Below are positions 10,796 to 21,640 of a stretch of DNA of 64,000 nt, piece by piece. A model generated the notes under the pieces. That model saw only the letters and a program-made list of their open reading frames with translations, was not told where the DNA came from and did no database searches. Position numbers and translations under genes: made by a program. The DNA is from Thalia democratica (taxonomy: Eukaryota): assembly GCA_965202585.1 (NCBI GenBank), contig OZ241833.1, positions 36,084,001 to 36,148,000 of the forward strand. The letters run 5' to 3'. Position 1 is the stretch's first letter, and each line of letters opens with the position of its first letter.

Positions 10796-12107
10796 TAGGG
10801 GTAGGCAACTTTTTAATCGGCTGGCTGGGTCCGAAAAAAAATATTTTTTGGCGAGCCGAGCATTTTGAGTTATTAATCTACTGGATCCAGTATACGGATC
10901 CAACAGAATAATAAATTTTTAAAACCGGGTCTTAATTAGAAACTACTATTATTCGGCCAGATACTAATTTTATGCGTCTAATAGATTATTATTGCAAAAT
11001 CATTTCTTTCACAAAAATTTCACAAGTATGACATTTTAAGTGTTTATTAAGTACTCAGATTATTATATTTATTATAACCCTGAAAAGCACTAATACTAAT
11101 TATATAAATACAAAACTATGATTACTAAAAATTACTTGAGACAAACTTTGACTTGCTAAGTTTAGCATTAAGTTTTTAAATTCTTTAAATTTTGAATTTC
11201 TAAATGTAATGTCAAACTAAAGTTCATCGTCATATCAAACTTAATGAAAAATAAAATTATGATATAAATGTACTTCTCCGCTTATAACACTGACTGTTCT
11301 ATATTTGCAACTGTTGGTAAATACGTCAAGTTGTTCTTACTGAGACTGAAAAACACAGTATAAGTTTTAACTTTAATACCTTTTCTACAGAGTAATGTTT
11401 ATTAGCGAAAGTAACCTTTCTATTAAGTTGGTATTCAATTCGTTCACATGCCTAAACAAATGTAGCATGAATCTGAGAGACCATTCATATTTGAAAAATG
11501 ATTTGAATTATTTTAATTTCATTTCACTCAAAAATAACTAATTAGCGGTTTTCGGTCCCAAACGTGTCTTATGAATTTTTTAAACAATATAAAAATTTAA
11601 AGTTGAGTAGTTGACTGAAAACAGATGTGAACTGCTGTTTGGAAAATGATAAAAACTACTTTTTTTGATATCAATTTAAACAACTCTCTGTTTTTTTAGG
11701 AAGACTTTGACTTTTGACTCGTCAATATTTTATTAGTGTTATTAAAATGATAGACTGCCAAAGGTAGCTAAGTAAAATATCAGATTTAAATAAAAGTTTT
11801 GCTTTGGGTAATTTGAAAAAAGAATATTCCAACTGAGTTTGAACAAAACAAAAACATTAGGACAAAACGGTGTTTTTATAACTATACACAAATATAAAAT
11901 AAAAACATTTTCAAACATGCAACGAAGTCTAATTATTACAATTTGTGTAGTAAAAGTATGGTACAAAGTTTGTAACATTAAACTTTGCAGGCCAGTCATT
12001 TTCATCGGCGGGCCAAATTCCATTTAAAGTTTAAAAAAGTTAGCGGACCGGGCTTTTCAACTCTGCGGGCTTGATCCGGCCCGCGGTCAGTACATTGCCT
12101 ACCGCTA
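10796..12107. mobile_element. Non-autonomous hAT-superfamily DNA transposon
   Basis: 14-bp TIR taggggtaggcaac / attgcctaccgcta (perfect gttgcctaccccta in the paralog) and 8-bp TSD aagtagaa / aaatagaa. A decayed minus-strand frame (WSLRFMLHLFRHVNELNTNLIER, ~11400-11490) weakly resembles hAT transposase. Confidence 0.8.
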
Positions 12108-12389
12108 AAATAGAACGGCTGTACTAGCTTTTTGTAAAAATATAAATGAGCATGTATTAAGTAAATGGTAGTAAATATTATGTAATAATTCACCTGCTCG
12201 AATTTGTTTAGTTTGAAAAATTTTTTCTTCTTCGGCAACTCTGGCTCTGCAATACCCGACAAAATTTGTTTCATTTAAGTTTTTCCAAAGTTTTTCAGTT
12301 GTTGAGACTTTGCGTTTTTTCGATATAAAATTATTCATGTTTTAACTTAAAAAAAATCCTGCTTTATAAATTGGCCCTTTAATTAAAAA

Positions 12390-13480
12390 AATCCAATCTG
12401 TGCAAATAATTTTTCGTGCAAAATAGTCACTTCTGCAAAAATAACCCTTCGTTTAAAAGTGTCTTCGTGCAATTTTGTTTTCATGCAAAAATGCTTACGT
12501 GCAATTTTTTTCCCTCGTGCAAACTTGATACCTATTTATAGTTTCTGCCTATAATCTGTGAAACTCAATGTGGGTCAATTTTACATGAAGACAGTTTTTC
12601 ACGGAGGGTCATTGTGCATGAGTGGTAATTTTGCACTAAAGTAATAAAATTAAGTAATTTGAAAATAAAAGTGAGTAAAAAGAGCTACCGACCGAGGATA
12701 AAGGCTAAGGGTAACATTGATAGTAAAAAACAAACAATAAACTTATAAAGAAATTCAACCCGTGCAAAAGTGTTTCGTGCATAAGTGTAACTTCGTGCAA
12801 AAGTAGCTCTTCGTGCAAAATTGCTTCTTTTTGTATTTTTGACACTTACCAGTGGAATGTATCTTGTTGGAACGGGTCAACACTTCACGAGGGGACTAAA
12901 TTAAACGAAGACAATTTTACACGGAGGGTCAGATTTGCTCGAGTGACAGTTTTGCACGAACGGTCATTTTTGCACGTGAGTAAAAAAAACATAAAAAAAA
13001 ATACATATAAATAAACTAAAAATAAATCAACAAAAAAAGTAAGGAGAAAAAAAAAGTTGCTGACCGAGGGTAAGGGTTAGGGGTGACAGTGATAGTAAAA
13101 TAAAACTATTACTATAAAAAAAACAAGAAGAATGAATTAAAATAAATTAATATAAAAAAAGAGAAATGAAAAGCTACCGACCGACAGTAAGGGTTAGGGG
13201 TAACAGTGATAGTAAAAATAATACAAATAATAACTTATAAAAAATATAAAACTAATTAAAAAAAATAACTTACAGATCGAGAGTAAGGGTTAGTGATAAC
13301 AGTAATAGTAAAAAAAATAAATGACAATGAAAATAGAACAAAAATTTAAATTATAAAAAAAAAATTCAATTCCTTGAAATAAATTTTTGTGCAAAATTGA
13401 ACCTTTGTCCAAAAGTGTCTTTGTGCAAAAGTACCTTCGTGCAATTTTATACACTCGTGCAAATTTCACACCTACACGTA
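12390..13480. mobile_element. Cluster of foldback/MITE-like elements with CGTGCAAA subterminal arrays
   Basis: Arrays of ttttgcacga on left arms and tcgtgcaaaa on right arms. The internal motif ccgaccgag..taagggttaggggtaacagtgatagtaaaa occurs about 4 times. Paralog at ~59805-60880. Confidence 0.6.
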
Positions 13481-13756
13481 TCTTGTATCACACACTTTTA
13501 AAGCTAAAATATGCTAAAAATATAAACTTTGAAAGATGTTTATTTCTATAAGATATTATTTTAAATGGTTAATAATAATTTATACCCCTTACATAAAAAC
13601 TTAAGTAAAAAATTTTTACATAACTGTAGGTTAATAAATTTTTTTATTAAAAATATTTTTATATATTATTAGTTATATAATATGTTTTGGTTTTAAGAAA
13701 ACAAATAGAGAGATCTCAACTGCTGGAGGAGAAGTAATATATTTATTCTTTCAAAA

Positions 13757-13810
13757 ATTTATTTTACAAACTAAGTTTCGGTCAAAGACCTCTTCAGTGC
13801 TTAAATAAAT
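13757..13810 (-). ncRNA. Type I hammerhead ribozyme motif (left arm, antisense copy)
   Basis: Exact reverse complement of 13991-14044. Confidence 0.75.
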
Positions 13811-13990
13811 CTAAAAAAAGATATGTGACAGTCATGGAAAATAGCAATTGAACTATTATAAAAATAGAAATTAATATTAAAATTTGATTTGTTTAGTTTC
13901 TTAAGTAAAAATTTTCAGTAATATTTTGTTTTTATCTTAATTTTATTGTTCAATTGCTATTTTCCATGACTGTCACATATCTTTTTTTAG

Positions 13991-14044
13991 ATTTATTTAA
14001 GCACTGAAGAGGTCTTTGACCGAAACTTAGTTTGTAAAATAAAT
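13991..14044 (+). ncRNA. Type I hammerhead ribozyme motif (right arm)
   Basis: ATTTATTT AA GCA CTGAAGA GGTC TTT GACC GAAA C TTA G TT^ TGT A AAATAAAT. Contains the CUGANGA box, a 4-bp stem II with 3-nt loop, GAAA, a minimal stem III, a GUU cleavage triplet (after 14032) and stem I with an internal loop. Confidence 0.8.
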
Positions 14045-14439
14045 TTTTGAAAGAATAAATATATTATTAGTTATAATAAATATATATTTTTAATACTTTT
14101 AGATGAAAAAGATACACTTTTTTATAATATGATTACATTTAGATCGCATTTAAACTTATAACAAAAACTATTTTTGAAAGTATAGTTATAGTATTTCCAA
14201 AACATTTTTAAATAATTTAGATATTAAAATCATGTTTTATTAATCTTACAAAAAAATGTCTGCATAAAAAACAAAAAATCTAAAAAAAACTTTAATAATG
14301 TTTTTTTTTTCTCATTTAATAGAAAAAGTGAATTTAAAAAGATTATTTTGATCGTTTATTGTAATCACTTATAAATTATCAGTTGTCTTCAAAAAATGCA
14401 CCAGTGCACACTACTGTACACAAAATTTATTTTGGGGTT

Positions 14440-16270
14440 CATGAATCGTAACGTAAAAAATTATCCTAAATGTTGAAACTTTTACTAAATATTCTGCAGT
14501 TGATAATGAAAAATAAAAAAGGTCTTAGCTCTGAGTAGTTTTAAATGGTAGGTTTGAAACTTATACTAGGTGTTATAAAAAAAAAAGGAAATTATTAGTT
14601 CACAGGCCGTAAAAGGGGGCGTCAAAAAGCCATAGTTTAAAACTTAAACTAGATATTCTGAAGTTGATAATGAAGAGCAAAATTTAAAGTTTTTGGTGTT
14701 TTTAATGGTGAGTTTGAAACATTACTATATATTATCAAGCTTGCGAAAAATGTCGAAAACTTTCTTCAAGGTTTTTATGATTTTTTGTCATAGTTTTTAT
14801 AAGTACGAGTTTTTGGGACTGAGAAGGTTGAAAACTGTGCAAAACAATAATAGTACATTAAAAAAATACTGTTAAGCTACTATAAGTGTGTTTAAAAAAT
14901 AATAGTTTTGATGATGACAAAAAAATTATTTATATGGTAGAAAATTGTGTCAAATTAAAGTTTTCTTACTAAACATGTAAAATATTTTTAAAATTCCCAT
15001 TTTTTCCGGTTTTTAAGTGAACTTTGTTAGAAACTGCAGGTTTCTTAGTGACTTATATTAAAATTCCAGGTTTTTTAAGAAAGTTCTCAAATTCCAGCAC
15101 TTTACAGGTTTTATTTTATCTAAATTTTCAAATTAAAGGTTTTTCTATGTATTTGGATACCCTGTATTATATTTTATTATCACAGTTTAAATGACTATTA
15201 ACTTTTATGTTATTATGTATAAAAATGAGAGATCATCAGTTGCCTAAACAATCTGTAAAACATTTTTGAACACATAAATAGAAGGTATGTATAAAAAATT
15301 AAAAAATAATAAGCAAAACAAAAAGAAAAGTATTGAAAAGTTTTTGGCTTATAAAAATTATGCTTTAAACTAAAATTTGTTGCATTATACTGTAAAGTAT
15401 AAAATGTTATGTTAACCCTGTATTATAAAAAAAAATTGGGATCAAGAAGTCCTTAACTTGAAACTTTTGAGTTCATATTGGAGAGGAAAAAAAAAGTCTT
15501 AGTTCAATTTAATGGTAGGTTTAAAACTTATATCAAGAGTGCCAAAATTTTTCAAGAAATTTCTTCCAAATTTTTTTGTATTTTTTTAAGGTTTTTATAA
15601 GTACACATTTGTATGACTATTTTCAGTTCAAAGTTATGTTTAAGGTTAAAAACTGTGCAAAACAATAATAACTCATTAAAATTATACTGTTTAGATACTT
15701 TAAATGTTTTTTTTTAACTAAAAAAAATTGTTGATGAAATATATTTTTTTATATGGTAGAAAATCGTGTCAAATTTAAATTGTCTTATTTATTATGTAAA
15801 AAATGTTTAAAATTGCCATTTTTTCAGGTTCTTTAAAGAACTTTGTTCAAAAATGCTGGTTTTTTAGTTATTTTTATTAAAAAATCAAGTATTTTCCAGG
15901 TTTTAATTTGTCTAAATTATCTAATTACAGGTTTTTCCAGGTATTTTAGATACCCTTTGTTATATTTTATTATCACAGTTATAAATGTCTATTTTACTCT
16001 TATAAAATCATATATAAAGATCATCAGTTGCCTGATTTTTCTATAAAAAGTTTTTGAACAAATAAATAAAAAAGATCTACAAAAAAACAAAATAGTTACA
16101 ATCTAAACAAAAAAAAAATAAAGAAAAGAAAAGTATTGAAAAATCTATGGTTTAAAAAAGTATGGCTTAAATAACCTTATGCTTTAAACTAAAAACTGTT
16201 GCATTATATTGTAAAGTATGAAATGTTATGTTAACCTTTTGTTATAGAAAACAATTGGACTTTTAGGGGA
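14440..16270. repeat. Two diverged tandem units (~0.8-1 kb) containing MITE-like ttccaggttt arrays
   Basis: Anchors recur in order: atggtaggtttgaaac (14546/15513), aaactgtgcaaaacaataa, atatggtagaaaa, gataccct, gatcatcagttgcct, gaaaagtattgaaaa, atgttatgttaacc. Paralog at ~61400-63170. Confidence 0.7.
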
Positions 16271-18286
16271 CCACAAGGCTATGATTTGAAGCTTACACTA
16301 AATATTTTGATTGATGAGTTGATAATGAAGAACAAAAAAAAAGATATTTCGTAGTTTTTTGATAAACTTTGTTTGAGGGTAAAAAAAAATTTGGAAAACC
16401 CTACACTAGATAATACGGGAAATTTGAAATTTATTCTAGATATTTGCGCATTTAGGTACACAAAATTTTATTTTGCATTTTAGGGTGCACAGATTTTGAT
16501 AAGCTTCAAAACCATTGCTTTAGATAACTACTTGTAAGAAAGATAATTTTATCAATTTTTATATCTTTTTAGGTAAAGTTTTTTTAACTTGACCTTTAAG
16601 AAATTGTATTTTTTTATCAAGTAAACAAAATGGCTTTTTTTTTTGCCTGAGCCAAAGTTGTAATGTAATTAACCAGGAGAGTCACTAAAGTATTTTATTT
16701 ATTATTGTTGTCATTATTAATAGAAACTAATATTCATGAGGCTCGGGGTTAGCCGAACGGGGCGGAACAGCATTAGTTTCGATAATTTTTTCAAATAAAA
16801 CATAAACCAATATTAAACTGACAAAAAAAAATAATTTTGATCTAGCAAACCATTTTTTTTTGACAAAAGAAAAAAGTTACAAAGTATCTACATTTTTCTT
16901 TGTGATTAGATAAAATTTGATCTAAAATATTTAGAAGTTGTTAATAAATAAAAACATAAAAAAATTGTAGTTGTTAAATATGTTTCGGTAATTTTTAAAT
17001 TTAAATTTTAACTTAACTGTAAACTGCTCGTTGTAAAATAAATTTTAAATGATTGCTGTTTTAAGTAGATACATACTTTTTAAAGTATACTTTTTTTTGT
17101 TATAGATTGTTATTTCAAAGTTGTTAGTTATTATAATTTTGTTATTTAAAAGTTTAAAAACGCAAATGAATTATAAATTTAACAAATTAAACGTACAATC
17201 ATAAAAACTTCACAAATCATTATAAGTTATATAAATACAAACTAAATAATAAGCGTAACTATAATACTTAAAAAACTAAAGTTTAAAATTACATTTAAAG
17301 CTAAAATACAATATGAAGTTTTATTAAAAGCCTAGTAGATTAATAAAAATAGAAATAAAGTTGTTAAAAAACAATTTAAAGTAAACGTTTATCAGAAACA
17401 AGCTTTTTTTTACAATTTTTAAAACAATATGCATATTTGAAACTTGATGTAACTGACTGTTTCAGGTTATTTTTATATAATCTGTTTTATCACCTTACTT
17501 TTACAGTACTACCAATGCTCTAGCACTAGTTGTGTGTGTATTTTTTTATTCATAACAAGAAAGGTGCTACATGTAATCAAAATTAAATGATTGCAATCAC
17601 TATTATACAAACAGTTCAGCTTTCATATATATATATACTAATTTTTTATAATTATTTGAACTTTTTAGTGTTAGTGTAAAGAAATTAAAATTAAAGTTTG
17701 TCTATTTAAAATAAAAAAGGATGTCAAAAATTACTTATTCTTAATAATGTCAAGTATTTAAATCCTGAAGTAAAATTTTATGTAATTGATATATACTCTA
17801 CACTGAGTGTTTTTATTCTATTAAGTTTCATTATCATAAGTTTGCTTAAAACAAAGTATATAACTTGTTTATCAATAAAAAAATATTAATTTTAGTTTAC
17901 ATGTCATACACTCTGCTAACACAACTTGTGCTATTTAAAGTGATTCTATAAAATTGCTACCCTGTCAACTAATGTACAATAAGCAGTATAAATTTCAAGC
18001 TGAGTCAATAAATCTAGAACTCAATAAATCAAAGAACACTAAATTTTCATATTGTTATAAACTTTTAAGTATAATAGTTTGTTTTACTAGAATATTACAT
18101 GAAGATTTATACTTTATCTGTTTCATACTTGAAATTACAGTTTTGTTTAAAGTGTTTCCGCAACTTACTTTTAAGTTGATGTAATAAGCTATCTTAAACC
18201 CATTTCAACACTTACATATTAACAACTTATCAACTAATCTCTTTTAACAAACCAAATGTTTTCCACAGTTTTTTGTATATTAAACA

Positions 18287-19999
18287 ATGGCGTCTCTCGA
18301 GTTGGAAGTTGACTTGAACTGGGTGGAAGTTGCCGCCATTTGCGCTTTCACAACTTTCGTCGTCTGCAAGGCGGCAAGCGGCTCGGAAGAAGCAAATCTT
18401 CAAGATGGCTCGGAAGAAGCAAATTTCCAAGGTGGCGTGAAAAAAGAAGCAAATCCTCAGAATAAGAACGGAAACGTTTCGAAGCGAACTGATGTTATGT
18501 TTGTCGAGACGAAAACAGGTCATGGCGGTCCAAACACTAAAACTATCAGGCCCTCACCTTTCGTCAGTGGAGCTCTTGCAAGCGCTTCCCGTGTCAATAC
18601 TCCCCAAATCAAACCCGCTGAATGTAAAGGCGTTAACTTGACAAATTTGGGTGCTGAAGGCGCTGTGCCAAAATCAAACAAATCCATAGAGGCATCAAGT
18701 AGACCACTAGAGGCGCAAAAGCAGCGAAACAATCTGGAATCTGGTACAGAGCGTGAGTCTCAAAACCCAAAAGTTGTGCCTCTAAAGGTTGTTAAGTATA
18801 ATGTTGACAATACTGACACTTCGCTTTTACACAGTGAAATTGTAGCAGAAGAAAAAATTGATTACAGAGAAAAATCCGGACAGCCTGATAAGCCAAATGT
18901 TGAAAGCCTAGTAAAAAATGTTTCAAATGAGGTTCCTACAGCTGCACGAAAGCAAAATGCTGATTTGAGAGGTCCTACAAGTCCCAAAACTACTGAAGAT
19001 GTACAGCATACAGCACCTGTTTGTGAGGATGTAGTAACGGAGACCCATGAGTCAACAGGAGCCGTTAAAAATGTTCCTGCAGACCCTGCAGACCCTGCAG
19101 CAAGTGAAAATAGTGTTTCTTCAGTTGGAGATAGCCAAAAGCAGCAAGCCTCAAGTAAAGTTGAAAATAAAAACGATGATGAAAAACATGAAAGCCTCGA
19201 GGACTATGATGATAAAATGAACTCTAAAATATGTAACAAAAACAAATCTTCTGCTGTCAATACCACTGCGGACTCCAAGCAGCCATCTCAGTCTTCTGAA
19301 AATAAACCCATTGATAATGGAAAGGCAGTTGCAGAAAACGAAGATGATAGAACAAATGTCAAACATCAAAGTCAAACTGGCAGTCAAATTTCTGATGAAG
19401 TTGAGCAAAAATCTGAGACTGTAATACCAAAGAAAGCTGAGACTCCAAACTTGAATGCAGCTGTACCGAAAACAAAAGAAACTATAAAAAATAACCAGCA
19501 GTCCGCTAGTAAGCCTTCATCAGACCACCAAACTTCTGATAGTAATAATCTTTCAAAAACTGGTATTGATAAAGAAGACAAACCCAATGCCTCGGTTAAA
19601 ACTGTTAAAGAAGAGTTAATCAAGCTAGATGATGAAAAATCTATTGTTGTACCTTCAGCTGATGCCGAGAAAAAATCTCAAACGTTTGACAATAAACCTA
19701 ATGTGGCTGAAAAGTTTTCTAAAACTGATGATGAGGTAGTTTCAGGAACGGATAATAAAACTGAACTTGAAAAACTTGAAGACAGCCAAACGCAAATGCA
19801 ACAAGACTCGAATAAAATTGAAAATAGAAACAATGATGATAATCTCAAGGACTATGATGATAATACGAGGTCTAAAAAAGGTAACAAAAATCAGCCTCCT
19901 GCTGTCAAAACTTCTGAAAATGATGCCAAGGGTACAGGAGAAGCGGATAAAGATGATAAAAAAAGTATAACAATAAAAAATAATAACATATATTTATAA
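18287..19999 (+). CDS. 570-aa low-complexity (S/N/D/E/K/Q-rich) disordered protein with an N-terminal hydrophobic segment; 3'-truncated
   Basis: Long ORF in very AT-rich DNA. Upstream acceptor ttttccacag (~18269) and good start context aacaATGg. Internal repeats are present. The last ~7 codons come from an unrelated block joined at ~19978. No family recognised. Confidence 0.65.
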   Translation: MASLELEVDLNWVEVAAICAFTTFVVCKAASGSEEANLQDGSEEANFQGGVKKEANPQNKNGNVSKRTDVMFVETKTGHGGPNTKTIRPSPFVSGALASASRVNTPQIKPAECKGVNLTNLGAEGAVPKSNKSIEASSRPLEAQKQRNNLESGTERESQNPKVVPLKVVKYNVDNTDTSLLHSEIVAEEKIDYREKSGQPDKPNVESLVKNVSNEVPTAARKQNADLRGPTSPKTTEDVQHTAPVCEDVVTETHESTGAVKNVPADPADPAASENSVSSVGDSQKQQASSKVENKNDDEKHESLEDYDDKMNSKICNKNKSSAVNTTADSKQPSQSSENKPIDNGKAVAENEDDRTNVKHQSQTGSQISDEVEQKSETVIPKKAETPNLNAAVPKTKETIKNNQQSASKPSSDHQTSDSNNLSKTGIDKEDKPNASVKTVKEELIKLDDEKSIVVPSADAEKKSQTFDNKPNVAEKFSKTDDEVVSGTDNKTELEKLEDSQTQMQQDSNKIENRNNDDNLKDYDDNTRSKKGNKNQPPAVKTSENDAKGTGEADKDDKKSITIKNNNIYL

Positions 20000-20381
20000 A
20001 AAAAAACACACAAAACTGTCTAGAGTTGCTTGAAAATACCAAGTTTATAAAATCGTGTTTTTAACTATTTTTTAGTCTTGCCTATTTAACCGTTTCCTAA
20101 CTTTTCTAAAATTCTGGCAAATGAAAAAAAAAACCAGTAAGAAAATTAATTAAAACTTTGTGTGTTTAAATAATCAAGTGGTTAAAATTTTCTTCTTATA
20201 AATTTAACTACTTAACAAATGTTTTATTTATAAATAACAACATTTTATTGTCCGTTACAACATGAAACACAACAAAAAGTTTAACAAATACTTTTTCAGT
20301 GAATATTTCGAAAGCAGAAAGTAATAAAACTAAATTTTATCCTTTTAAATTTTGAAAGATAATTTGACTATAGCCCAAAAA
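19978..20381. repeat. Direct copy of the kelch-downstream block (matches ~55055-55459)
   Basis: aaataataacatatattt...aaaactgtctagagttgcttgaaaatacc...gactatagcccaaaaag matches the 55-kb variant. Confidence 0.85.
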
Positions 20382-20516
20382 GCATTCAAAATCGCAACTG
20401 TTACTGTTGGTCTCAGTAAATTAATAATGTTGAACGGCAGCAAGCTCAAAAATCAATTACAACCCAGACATGAGCTTGCCTGAACTGCGCAATGCTTGAA
20501 GGAGTCATAATTACTC
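20382..20516 (-). repeat. 135-bp inverted copy of 42084-42218
   Basis: Reverse complement of gagtaattatgactcc...cagttgcgattttgaatgc with one mismatch seen. Confidence 0.85.
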
Positions 20517-20891
20517 TTTCTACTACTTTCTACTATTTTCAAATACTCTTAAAAAATACTTCAAGTTTTTAATAACTGCCGTTTAAACTAAGTATTAAAA
20601 CAAAATTACTCCACTAATTTTAACTTTAAACAAATCTAAATTTGTTAACCTAAATTCTGCTTAAAAACTAAAATAAAACTACCGTTTTAACTAAGCATTA
20701 AGGATAATTGCTCTACTTAAAAGAAAAAATAATATTTTAACTTTAAACAAATCTGAATTCGTTAAGCTAAATTCCTGGCTCAGAAAGCTCGCTTTCTTAT
20801 GATTTTGCTTCGCAAAAAAGGCCCGCTTCGCGCTCGATCTTGCTTTAACTTCCAGACCTCGAAAGCTTCGCTTTCTTTTTACGTCCCAACC

Positions 20892-21617
20892 TCAGAAAGC
20901 TCCGCTTACTTTCGGTTTTGCTTTGCAAAAATAAGCACAACAGCGCGCTTCGCGCGCGATTGTGCGATCTTGCTTTGACTTCCATGCCTCCAAAGATTCT
21001 CTTTCATTGTACGTCCCAACCTCAGAAAGCTCCGCTTTCTTTCGGTTTTGCTTCGCAAAATAAGCACAACAGCGCGCTTTGCGCGCGATTGTGCGATCTT
21101 GCTTTCGGCCTCTCTTCGAACAGCGGTTTTCGACTTTTTTGCTGTCAACAACGTTTTGTAAAATTGCAGCACGCTCGTCGTTTCCCGCAAAAGCCGAGCT
21201 TTCGCGCAGCAAACGCTCCAAGCTGCCGCTCGACAACAAACTGAGACGCACTTTTGCGAAGAGATCGCTCGCGAAAGCTCTTCTGCCTTCAAAGTCGCGG
21301 CTCAGCCAACCGTTGGCTGCGTTGACGACCTCAAGCTCGGAAGTGACATGCAGTGAAGAGCTTGAAAGTACTTTTGCAACCAGAGCAGAGCTCAGCTGCT
21401 GAAAGTTTTCAGTTTCAGCGACCACCGTGAAAAATCGTTCTATGTAGCGCAGCAAAGCCTTAGAAATGTTTTTTAAACTGAAGGTGGCAGTTATCTCATA
21501 AAAGGCCGCCACATTCTTGAAACTTGTTTTCTCCTTGAAAACTTCGCAAATCTGGTTGCTTACTTCAACTTCACTCAGCAAAATCTTGCTTATCTTCAAA
21601 GTTGAAACAGTTTTCAT
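20892..21617 (-). pseudogene. Truncated kelch-like copy: first ~163 aa (BACK) fused in frame to 78 aa of repeat-derived tail
   Basis: The ORF matches K2 nearly exactly up to DSKKVE, then continues NRCSKRGRKQDR... from the F block. Junction at 21133/21134. Confidence 0.85.
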
Positions 21618-21640
21618 ATCTTCTGTTTTGAATGCATTTG

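Larger units (their letters stand above)
13678..14075. mobile_element. Penelope-like retroelement pseudo-LTR insertion forming a perfect inverted repeat (arms 13735-13853 and 13948-14066)
   Basis: 119-bp arms with zero mismatches and a 94-bp spacer. Flanked by a 17-bp direct duplication atatattattagttata (13661-13677, 14059-14075). The paralogous site 61067-61083 has one copy and no insert. Each arm carries a hammerhead motif, as known for PLE pLTRs; no RT or GIY-YIG ORF is present. Confidence 0.7.
2540..16780. repeat. ~14-kb segmental duplication, copy 1 (UNC-93 3' part, BACK-Kelch gene, upstream repeats); paralog 50330-63706
   Basis: Colinear near-identity with 50330-63706 by eye (UNC-93 exons 3-5, kelch ORF, hAT element, downstream repeats). 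Similarity starts near aaaaactaaatttgtggcaacc (~2540) and ends after cggggcggaacagc...attagttt (~16780). Confidence 0.9.

Noticed and set aside
13065-13300. TAAGGGTTAGGGG telomere-like motifs
   Set aside because: Isolated single units inside a MITE-like internal repeat, not a telomeric array.
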